A program made the translations under genes and the position numbers. 39,604 bases of DNA. Source: an uncultured Clostridia bacterium. Its GTDB lineage: Bacteria > Bacillota > Clostridia > Christensenellales > Borkfalkiaceae. The stretch is from assembly GCA_964598465.1 (NCBI GenBank), contig CAZRCE010000001.1, positions 1 to 39,604 of the forward strand, in the 5' to 3' direction. A model generated the notes under the pieces. The model did no database searches. It was given only the letters and a program-made list of their open reading frames with translations, and had not been told where the DNA came from. Shown here one piece after another: positions 32,123-39,604 of this stretch; position 1 is the stretch's first letter, and the number at the start of each line of letters is the position of its first letter.

Positions 32123-34210
32123 TTACTTATTGTTTTTTGCGTTAGCGATAAGGTCGCCGAGGGAAGTTCCTACGGAAATGCTTCCTTCGTTCCAGGCGGA
32201 AAGCTCGCCGTCGTTAGCGGGTGCGCTTCTGCGCCTTGCGGGCTTTTCTTCACCTTCCGCCTTTTCGGGCTTAGCCTTTCTTTCGGGTTCGGGAAGAACG
32301 GCCTTTATGGAAAGATTCATCTTCTTGGCTTCGGGGTCGAGCGCAATAATCTTTGCATCAACTTCGTCGCCTACGTTAAGCACGCTTGCGGGAGTTTCGA
32401 TTCTCTCGTAACTTACCTGCGAAACGTGAACGAGACCGTCGATACCTTTTTCAACTTCGACGAACGCGCCGAAAGGAACGATTCTTACTACCTTGCCGTG
32501 AATAACGTCGCCTACGCTGTACCTTTCGGTAGCCGTATCCCAAGGCTGAGGCTGAAGCTGTTTGTAGCCGATGGAAACCTTCTTATTTTCCTTGTCGATT
32601 TTAAGAATTTTGAAGTTGTATTCTTTGCCGATAGTGAGAACGTCCGTAACGGCCTTAACGCCCGTCCAGGACAAATCGGAAATGTGAGCAAGACAGTCGA
32701 AACCGCCTACGGAAACGAACGCGCCGAAAGAAGTTACCCTTTCAACCTTACCTGCAACGATATCGCCTACGGATACGGAAGCAAAGAATTCTTCCTCTTT
32801 CGCTGCTTTATCGGCTTCGCGAGCGTCCTTTTCTTCCTGCAAAATTACGCGCTGGGAAGCGATAATTTCCTTTTTGCGGTCTCTCTTGATTTCGAGAGCG
32901 CGAAGACGGAGCGTCTTGCCTACGTATTTGGTAAGGTCCTTAACGAAACCGGGACGAATTTCCTTTGCGGGAACGAATACGGAGTAAGTGCCGAGGCTTG
33001 CGACGAGGCCGCCTTTATTCGAGCCCGTGCAAACTACCTGAAATTCTTTGCCGGATTCGATTTCGGCGCTGAGCGCTTCTTCTTCCGCCAAAAGCTTTAT
33101 CATTTTCTGGGACAACTTTAAAGAAGGTTTAAGCTCTACGACGATTACGTCGATAGTTTCGCCGACTTTAGCCGCGTAATCTTCTGCGTTGTAATTTTCG
33201 CAGTCAAGTTCGTCTTTGCTCAAAAGAATTTCCTTCTTCGAGAAAGGCAAAAGTATCTGCAATCCGTCCGCATTTGCGTCCGAAACGGTTGCGGTTACGA
33301 CCTGCCCCTTTCTGAACTTCGATTCGCTGTCTATCTTAGCAACCACGTCCGCCATGGAACTGGTTACGTTTACTTCTGTGCTTTTTTCTTCCATCTTTAA
33401 AAGAACCTCCCGGTTTTGCGAGTCAGGGGTCGAAGCCCCCGAAACGACACCTACAATATTATAATTTTTTAATTCCGTAAAATTTAAATCGTCGGCGGCG
33501 GCAAGTCTAAATACGCTTTTGCACGATTTTAAACAGATATCGTACAGCTTGTTGGTATTACTGCTGTTCAATCCGCCGATAACAATCATTGCGTCGCACC
33601 GCTTGGCAAGCTCACCAGCTTCGATTTGACGACTAATAGTAGTATAACAAATAGTTTTAAAAACAGCAACTGTTTTTTCACACAGTTTTTTAATATTTTT
33701 AACTATTTGTTCAAATTTTTCGGCTGAAAACGTAGTTTGCGCAACGACGCTTACGTTTCTGTCGGCAATACTTTTCAAGTCGTCGTCAACGTTCGTAACG
33801 ATAACCGCCGAGTCGTCGCACCAGCCGCGCAGACCGATTACCTCGGGGTGCGTTGCCTCGCCCACTATAACGACCTGATTTCCTTTAAGATACTCGTTTT
33901 TTACGATATTTTGCGTGTTTTTTACGAATTTACAGGTACAATCGACGACTTTGATATTTCGCGCCTTGCATATCCCGTAGTAGTCCTCGGGCACGCCGTG
34001 CGAACGAAAAATAACCGTCGCGCCGTCGGGAATTTCGTCGAGCGTATCGACGACCTTTATGCCGCGGGAGTTAATGTTTTCGACCACTTCGGGGTTATGA
34101 ATTATTTCGCCGAGCACGTAAACGTTTTCGGGCGGAATGTTCATTGCCGTATCGACGGCGTTGCGCACTCCTTTGCAAAATCCGCTGTTCTTTGCGACTA
34201 TTACTTTCAT
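32123..34210 (-). CDS. ispH: fusion of 4-hydroxy-3-methylbut-2-enyl diphosphate reductase (IspH) with four S1 RNA-binding domains
   Basis: N-terminal NSGFCKGVRNAV and other IspH motifs. The C-terminal half carries repeated S1 units (G..V.G.V..I..FGAFV). Confidence 0.9.
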   Translation of the reverse strand: MKVIVAKNSGFCKGVRNAVDTAMNIPPENVYVLGEIIHNPEVVENINSRGIKVVDTLDEIPDGATVIFRSHGVPEDYYGICKARNIKVVDCTCKFVKNTQNIVKNEYLKGNQVVIVGEATHPEVIGLRGWCDDSAVIVTNVDDDLKSIADRNVSVVAQTTFSAEKFEQIVKNIKKLCEKTVAVFKTICYTTISRQIEAGELAKRCDAMIVIGGLNSSNTNKLYDICLKSCKSVFRLAAADDLNFTELKNYNIVGVVSGASTPDSQNREVLLKMEEKSTEVNVTSSMADVVAKIDSESKFRKGQVVTATVSDANADGLQILLPFSKKEILLSKDELDCENYNAEDYAAKVGETIDVIVVELKPSLKLSQKMIKLLAEEEALSAEIESGKEFQVVCTGSNKGGLVASLGTYSVFVPAKEIRPGFVKDLTKYVGKTLRLRALEIKRDRKKEIIASQRVILQEEKDAREADKAAKEEEFFASVSVGDIVAGKVERVTSFGAFVSVGGFDCLAHISDLSWTGVKAVTDVLTIGKEYNFKILKIDKENKKVSIGYKQLQPQPWDTATERYSVGDVIHGKVVRIVPFGAFVEVEKGIDGLVHVSQVSYERIETPASVLNVGDEVDAKIIALDPEAKKMNLSIKAVLPEPERKAKPEKAEGEEKPARRRSAPANDGELSAWNEGSISVGTSLGDLIANAKNNK

Positions 34211-34870
34211 TTATATTTTGCCGAGCTTGGTTTTATTTTTTTCTATAAACGCAAGGCGCATATTTTTAATTATATCGCGCAATTCTTTTTCGCACCTTTC
34301 CATATCTTCCGCCGTCAGCTTCTTGCCGTAGTACTTTTTGAATTCTATCGGCTCGCCGAATACCACGTCCGTCCTTCTGAACGCTTTAAGCTTGCGAATT
34401 ATTGCTATGGGCACGATAGGCGTGCGCGTTTTAATCGACAGCGCTACCGCGCCGCCCTTAAAGGGAAGCAAATCGTCGTACGAACGGTTGCGCGTACCTT
34501 CGGGGAAAATAGAAACGTGTTCGCCGTTTTTGAGATACTTCATAGCAAGCTTGACAGCGCCAACGTCGCTTCCGTCGCGCTTTACGCAAATACTCTCGCA
34601 TTTTCTTACGAATACGCCCATCAAGCCCTTGTTAAGGCTGTCCTTTGCGAAATAATGTATGGGTCTATCCGTGCACAACGCGGGAAAAACTACGTCGAAC
34701 ACGCTGAAATGATTGCCGACGAACAGTTTTGCGCCGTCGTTGTATTTGCGTATGCAACCGTGCAATTTACAGGGAAAAACGACTTTAAATATCGTTTTTT
34801 TGATAAAATGCAGTTTTTTGAACCATTTTTCGTATTTCGTGGGCTTATTTTTTACTTTTTTTTCTTTCAT
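34211..34870 (-). CDS. plsC: 1-acyl-sn-glycerol-3-phosphate acyltransferase
   Basis: NHFSVFD (HxxxxD) and FPEGTR. Confidence 0.85.
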   Translation of the reverse strand: MKEKKVKNKPTKYEKWFKKLHFIKKTIFKVVFPCKLHGCIRKYNDGAKLFVGNHFSVFDVVFPALCTDRPIHYFAKDSLNKGLMGVFVRKCESICVKRDGSDVGAVKLAMKYLKNGEHVSIFPEGTRNRSYDDLLPFKGGAVALSIKTRTPIVPIAIIRKLKAFRRTDVVFGEPIEFKKYYGKKLTAEDMERCEKELRDIIKNMRLAFIEKNKTKLGKI

Positions 34871-35874
34871 ATTTTACTCTGTATATTCTGTATTATGAAT
34901 TCCGCAACTTCTTCTGCGGTTAAATCCGAAGTATCGACCGTAACTGCGTCCGACGCGCATCTTAGCGGAGCGACGGCACGGTTTTTATCCTGATAGTCCC
35001 TCTCGTTGATATCGCGGAGAACCTCCTCGTAGCTCTGAGAAGAACCTTTCAACCTGTCCTCCTCGTATCTGCGCTTCGCCCTTACCTCCGCTGAAGCCGT
35101 AAGGAAGAATTTGAAGGGACACGAGGGTAAAACGTTAGTACCTATATCTCTGCCGTCGAGAATACAAGAAACGCGTTCGGCGATTTCGCGCTGCAGAGCG
35201 ACCATCTTGTTTCTTACGCAGCTATAACCCGAAACGAAGGACGAAAGCATGGAAACCTGCGGCGTTCTGAGCTTATCGGAAACGTCCTTACCGTCGAGAA
35301 GCGTAAGCTGTTTTCCGTCTTTGTATTCGACTTTGATATCAATACTTGAAACCAGCCTTTTTACCGAGTCGTTATCCGCGTAATCGGTGTTCGCCTCTAT
35401 ACACTTTAACGCAACCGCCCTGTACATTGCACCCGTATCGAGATAGAGAATATCCAATCGGTTTGCAATCATTGCGGAAACCGTGCTCTTGCCGCTCCCC
35501 GCAGGGCCGTCGATTGCGATATTGATTACGCTCGTCAAATCTTTCCTCAAATTCGCAGCTTCGTGCAGATAAACGTGAACGGGAAATCTCTCGCTCTCGA
35601 CCAAAATCATTACTCTTATGCAGAGTTTGAGCGCGCCGTCCATTTCGGGTTCTAAGGAAGAATAGAGCGCGCAGGTCGCAAACCCCGCTTCGCGCGCCGC
35701 TTTCGCGGGATACAGCGAACGGATATCTTCCGTAGAAGAAAACATCATACAAACGACGTCGGTTTCGGAAATTGCGTTCTTTTTCTTTATTTCATAAAGA
35801 AGTTCTTTGACTTTTCCCCTGATTTCTTCGGGAGTGTCGCTCTTTACGGTTGTAGCACCTCTGATTGCTTTCAT
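34867..35874 (-). CDS. cmk: fusion of AroH-type chorismate mutase (N-terminal) and cytidylate kinase (C-terminal)
   Basis: N-terminal MKAIRGATTV..YPAKAARE..CIRVMILV resembles B. subtilis AroH. The C-terminal part has IAIDGPAGSGKST and LDGRDIGT of Cmk. Confidence 0.8.
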   Translation of the reverse strand: MKAIRGATTVKSDTPEEIRGKVKELLYEIKKKNAISETDVVCMMFSSTEDIRSLYPAKAAREAGFATCALYSSLEPEMDGALKLCIRVMILVESERFPVHVYLHEAANLRKDLTSVINIAIDGPAGSGKSTVSAMIANRLDILYLDTGAMYRAVALKCIEANTDYADNDSVKRLVSSIDIKVEYKDGKQLTLLDGKDVSDKLRTPQVSMLSSFVSGYSCVRNKMVALQREIAERVSCILDGRDIGTNVLPSCPFKFFLTASAEVRAKRRYEEDRLKGSSQSYEEVLRDINERDYQDKNRAVAPLRCASDAVTVDTSDLTAEEVAEFIIQNIQSKI

Positions 35875-35878
35875 AAAA

Positions 35879-37096
35879 CTACCTTATTGAATTTCCCGCC
35901 GCATAGCCCGTTGAAAAGGCTATCTGCATATTGAAGCCGCCGGTGAACGCGTCCACGTCCAGCACTTCGCCGCAGAAGTAAAGCCCGTTGATAAGCTTGC
36001 TTTCCATAGTTTTGGGATTTATTTTATTTACGTCAACGCCGCCGGAAGTAATTATCGCTTCGCAAAAATCCCTGAGCGACGCAACGCGCATACCGAATTT
36101 TTTGATATTATTAACCAAAGCCGACCTTTCGGGTTTGGTAAGCGAATTAGCCTTTTTATCCGCCGAAATGCCCGAACGGGTCAAAATTACGGGAATAATT
36201 GCGTTCGGAAGAAGATTTTTAAGGCAATTAGCGATAGATTTTGCTCCAAATTGCTCGAAATCGCGCAAAAGCCTTTTATCAAGCTGTTCTTCCGTCAACG
36301 CGGGCTTCAAATCGAGAAACAGCTCAGTTTTTTTCAAATCTAAACGCGTAATTATGCTCGACGCCGACAAAACGGTAGGTCCGGACACGCCGAAATGCGT
36401 AAATAGCATTTCTCCGAAAAAATCTCTGATTTTCTTGCCGCAGTAATAAACGCTAAGATTAATATTTTTAAGCGAAAGTCCCTGCAGCTCTTTGCTGCAA
36501 TTTATAATATTAAGTCCGCATAGAGCCTGCCTCGGCTCGGTAACCGTATGTCCGCATTCTTCCGCAAATTTATATCCGTCGCCCGTAGAACCCGTCGCGG
36601 GATAAGTCAATCCACCCGTACATACTATTACTTTATCGTAATTTTTGACTATTTTTCCGCTTATTATGCTACGCACAGAACTATCCAAAATCGAAATTTT
36701 ATCGATTTTTGCGTTAAAAAGCATTTTTACGCCCGATTTTTTACAAGCCTTTTCAAGGCAAGCCGTTACGTCGCTCGCTTTATCGGAAACGGGGAAAACC
36801 CTTCCTCCACGCTCGGTTTTGAGTTTTAATCCGAGGCTTTCAAAAAGCTCCATAGTCTTTTCGGGCGAGAGCGCGTTTACGCAGCTTATTAAAAATTTCG
36901 GGTTAGTTACTACGTTTGTGAAAAAGTCGGCTACGGGCACGTTATTAGTGACGTTGCACCTTCCCTTGCCCGTTATATAAATTTTTTTACCGCATTTTTC
37001 GTTTTTTTCGTAGATTGTGACGTCGTTTCCGTTCTGCGCGGCGGCGTATGCCGCCATTAAACCGGACGCGCCCGCACCTATTACAGCAACTTTCAT
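35879..37096 (-). CDS. HI0933/BaiN-family FAD-dependent flavoprotein
   Basis: VAVIGAGASGLMAA dinucleotide-binding fold, GKGRCN, C-terminal GEVLDVDAFTGGFN. Confidence 0.85.
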   Translation of the reverse strand: MKVAVIGAGASGLMAAYAAAQNGNDVTIYEKNEKCGKKIYITGKGRCNVTNNVPVADFFTNVVTNPKFLISCVNALSPEKTMELFESLGLKLKTERGGRVFPVSDKASDVTACLEKACKKSGVKMLFNAKIDKISILDSSVRSIISGKIVKNYDKVIVCTGGLTYPATGSTGDGYKFAEECGHTVTEPRQALCGLNIINCSKELQGLSLKNINLSVYYCGKKIRDFFGEMLFTHFGVSGPTVLSASSIITRLDLKKTELFLDLKPALTEEQLDKRLLRDFEQFGAKSIANCLKNLLPNAIIPVILTRSGISADKKANSLTKPERSALVNNIKKFGMRVASLRDFCEAIITSGGVDVNKINPKTMESKLINGLYFCGEVLDVDAFTGGFNMQIAFSTGYAAGNSIR

Positions 37097-37099
37097 AAA

Positions 37100-37134
37100 A
37101 ACCTTAATACGGCGGGCAAATCACCCGCCGTATT
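37100..37134 (-). terminator. terminator after the carboxyltransferase gene
   Basis: AATACGGCGGG-7 nt-CCCGCCGTATT. Confidence 0.65.
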
Positions 37135-37147
37135 CGTTCGTTATTTG

Positions 37148-38575
37148 TCAGACGGGATAAACTTTATTGGGGTTGGACGCCATGTCCTTATCCACGCCCG
37201 TATTTTTGGCTTTGCGCCATTTGAAATAATTTGTAGAAACTTCGGGGAACAGAGCGTACGAAAGAACGTCTTCTTCTTTTTCATAGAAGCCTTCAGCTTT
37301 AACCTTATCGGTAAGAGTCTGCATTTCGTCCTCTATAAGGTCGGCAGGGCGGCAGGTAATAATTTCTTCGCCGTTCTGCGTGCACGTTTTCTTAACCGTT
37401 TCGTCAACGCTACCGGGAACTGCGCCGTATTTACCCAAAATTAAGTCCTTATACTGCGCCGTAAGCATCTTATAGCGGCCGAGAAGCACGTTCCAGACGG
37501 CTTGCGTGCCGACTATCTGGCTCGTCGGCGTAACCAAAGGCGGATAGCCGCAGTCTTTCCTTACCTTGGGAACTTCCGCAAGGCAATCCATAAGCTTATC
37601 TTCCTGTCCCGCCTGCTTCAACTGATTAATAAGGTTGGAAAGCATTCCGCCGGGAACTTGGTAAATGAGCGTGTTTATATCTACTTTTCTTACTTTCGGG
37701 TTAAGGAAACCGTCTTTTTCAAGCCTTGAGGCGACGCCGTTAAAGTGTTTTACCACGGGAAGAAGCTTTTCGATATCTATTCCAGTATCGTAAGGCGTGC
37801 CCTTTGAAGTAGCAACCAAAGGTTCGGTCGCGGGGTTCGAAGTGCCGTTGCCGAGCGGCGAAAGCGCACAGTCAACGATATCGACGCCCGCCTGAATTGC
37901 CATAAGATTAATCATATCGCCCGTGCCCGAGGTGTTGTGCGTATGAAGATGCACTTTCGTTTCGGGTTTTAATTCGGCTTTAATCTTGCTTACGACGTCG
38001 TACGCGGTAAACGGCAACAAAAGGTTTGCCATATCCTTTATACAGATATTGTCCGCGCCCATATCCTCGAACTGTTTCGCAAGCTTAACGAAATATTCGG
38101 TGGTATGAACGGGGCTTGTAGTATATGAAATCGTCGCTTCGCAGACGCATTTGCCGCCAGCGCCGTATTTCTTTATCGCTTTCATAGAAGCTTCGAGGTT
38201 TCTCGGGTCGTTGAGCGCGTCGAATACTCTTATTACGCCTACGCCGTTTTCAATGGATTTTTCCACGAATTTTTCAACGACGTCGTCGGCGTAATGTCTG
38301 TATCCGAGCAGGTTCTGTCCGCGCAGAAGCATCTGAATGGGCGTCTTTTTGAGGTATTTCTTTAAATTGCGCAATCTGTCCCAAGGGTCTTCGTTTAAAA
38401 ATCTGAGACAGGAATCGAAAGTTGCTCCGCCCCACGCTTCAAGCGAATAATAACCTATATCGTCGAGAATCGGGAGCACGGGCTCCATTTCCTCGAATTT
38501 CATTCTCGTTGCCGCCTGCGACTGATGCGCGTCGCGAAGTATCGTATCCGTAATAAGTATCTTTTTCTTTTCCAT
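37148..38575 (-). CDS. oadA: oxaloacetate decarboxylase alpha / transcarboxylase 5S-type carboxyltransferase subunit, without a biotinyl domain
   Basis: ITDTILRDAHQS, HLHTHNTSG. Ends at 475 aa with no biotin-attachment (MKM-type) segment. Confidence 0.85.
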   Translation of the reverse strand: MEKKKILITDTILRDAHQSQAATRMKFEEMEPVLPILDDIGYYSLEAWGGATFDSCLRFLNEDPWDRLRNLKKYLKKTPIQMLLRGQNLLGYRHYADDVVEKFVEKSIENGVGVIRVFDALNDPRNLEASMKAIKKYGAGGKCVCEATISYTTSPVHTTEYFVKLAKQFEDMGADNICIKDMANLLLPFTAYDVVSKIKAELKPETKVHLHTHNTSGTGDMINLMAIQAGVDIVDCALSPLGNGTSNPATEPLVATSKGTPYDTGIDIEKLLPVVKHFNGVASRLEKDGFLNPKVRKVDINTLIYQVPGGMLSNLINQLKQAGQEDKLMDCLAEVPKVRKDCGYPPLVTPTSQIVGTQAVWNVLLGRYKMLTAQYKDLILGKYGAVPGSVDETVKKTCTQNGEEIITCRPADLIEDEMQTLTDKVKAEGFYEKEEDVLSYALFPEVSTNYFKWRKAKNTGVDKDMASNPNKVYPV

Positions 38576-38593
38576 ATCAATTTACTCCGTAAA

Positions 38594-39604
38594 TCAAGCG
38601 ATAATTGCCGAAACAACCGCAGACGCCGCAGTTCCGTCGACGTAACCGCCGAAGCAAGCAAGCAAAATTCCCGCGGCAATCGCCGAGCCTATAACGCCCG
38701 CGACGTTCGGTCCCATAGCGTGCATAAGTAAATGGTTCTGAGGGTCGTACTCTCTGCCGACGTCCTCCGAAATTCGCGCCGCCATCGGTACTGCGGAAAC
38801 GCCCGCAGAGCCTATTAAGGGATTTATCTTGCCCTTCGTGACTTTGCACATAATTTTTGCGACGAGAAGTCCGCCGACCGTACCGATAATAAACGCGAAC
38901 AGTCCCAAACCTATTATATAGAGAGTCTGGACGCTTAAGAATATTTCACCCTTCGCCTTCGAGCCTACCGCGATACCTAAGAAAATCGTGATAGTATTCA
39001 TAAGTCCGTTCTGCGCCTGCGAAGAAAGCCTTTCGACTACGCCCGATTCCCTGAAAAGGTTGCCGAGCATAAGCATACCCAAAAGCGCGAGCGACGACGG
39101 CAGAATAATACCGACGACCAGCGTTACGACGAGCGGGAACAAAACCTTTTCGATTTTGCTGACCTGCCTTAACTGCTTCATCTTTATCGTGCGCTCTTTC
39201 GGCGTGGTCATAAGCCGCATTATCGGCTTTTGTATTATCGGAATTAGCGCCATATACGAATACGCCGCTATCGCTATCATCGGGATAAAGTCGTTGGCGA
39301 GCTTACTCGTAACGTAAATCGCCGTAGGTCCGTCCGCACCGCCGATTATCGCAATCGACGCGGCTTCGGCAACCGAGAAACCCAAAAGAACGGCGAGAAT
39401 GAACGCAACGAAAATTCCGAGCTGTGCGCCCGCGCCGATAAGCATACTCTTGGGGTTGGCGATAAGCGGACCGAAATCGGTCATACAGCCTATTCCGAGG
39501 AATATCAGCGGCGGGTAAATTACCTTATCGACGCCGAAATAAAGATACCATAAAAGTCCGCGCGAAGCGGGTTCGACGGCGTCGGCGGACATATCGCCTT
39601 CGGG
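38594..39604 (-). CDS. oadB: Na+-translocating decarboxylase beta subunit; N-terminus runs off the window
   Basis: [16 protein letters not shown] and the polytopic OadB/GcdB/MmdB pattern. The frame stays open upstream of the listed ATG to base 39604. Confidence 0.85.
   Translation of the reverse strand, partial: PEGDMSADAVEPASRGLLWYLYFGVDKVIYPPLIFLGIGCMTDFGPLIANPKSMLIGAGAQLGIFVAFILAVLLGFSVAEAASIAIIGGADGPTAIYVTSKLANDFIPMIAIAAYSYMALIPIIQKPIMRLMTTPKERTIKMKQLRQVSKIEKVLFPLVVTLVVGIILPSSLALLGMLMLGNLFRESGVVERLSSQAQNGLMNTITIFLGIAVGSKAKGEIFLSVQTLYIIGLGLFAFIIGTVGGLLVAKIMCKVTKGKINPLIGSAGVSAVPMAARISEDVGREYDPQNHLLMHAMGPNVAGVIGSAIAAGILLACFGGYVDGTAASAVVSAIIA

Noticed and set aside
33737-34993. 418-aa + strand ORF, the longest + strand ORF in the right-hand 30 kb
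   Set aside because: It lies entirely antisense to three well-supported genes (ispH-S1, plsC, aroH-cmk). Its composition is skewed (F, V, R, A rich), it has no RBS and no recognisable motif. It is a shadow ORF.

Overview
39.6-kb chromosomal window from an endospore-forming Firmicute, Clostridia-like by gene content: the complete spoIIIAA-AH operon, spoIVB, ytfI/ytfJ and an IspH-S1 fusion. From about 5.3 kb to the right edge it is densely packed core genome. xer-hflX-lexA lie on the + strand. An unbroken minus-strand array then runs from 8.5 kb to the edge: rluB, two DD-carboxypeptidases, ytfJ/ytfI, scpB/scpA, an M50 protease, lysA, spoIIM-like, spoIVB, recN, argR, nadK, tlyA, dxs, ispA, folD, nusB, asp23, spoIIIA, htpG, ispH-S1, plsC, aroH-cmk, a flavoprotein and oadA/oadB-like genes. 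The accessory part is 0.48-5.3 kb, between a glgP 3' end and a 353-aa Xer-type tyrosine recombinase. It holds a perfect 14-6-14 palindromic, dif-like site (658-691), a hybrid copy with a 9-bp spacer (4608-4639) and a half-site (5290-5301) just upstream of the recombinase promoter. Between the first two copies lies a ~3.95-kb element. Its left arm is very AT-rich and + stranded: a membrane-anchored DUF2726 nuclease-fold gene, small ORFs and large hairpins. Its right arm is a compact minus-strand module that reads like inovirus morphogenesis: a gV-like 71-aa protein, small single-TM coat-like proteins, a post-coat hairpin and a pI/Zot-like P-loop protein. No replication initiator is visible. A second DUF2726 paralog sits between the hybrid site and the recombinase. 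My main hypothesis is a filamentous-phage-like element, or a stack of elements, integrated IMEX-style at the dif site of a single-Xer system. The + to - gene-orientation flip at about 8.54 kb fits a replication-terminus location. Other points of interest are consensus promoters placed for leaderless translation, an unlisted Cys-rich ORF divergent from lexA, an AroH-Cmk fusion and a minimal SpoIIIAG. All family calls rest on motifs read by eye and recalled family knowledge. No searches were run. I saw no tRNA, rRNA, CRISPR array or transposase.
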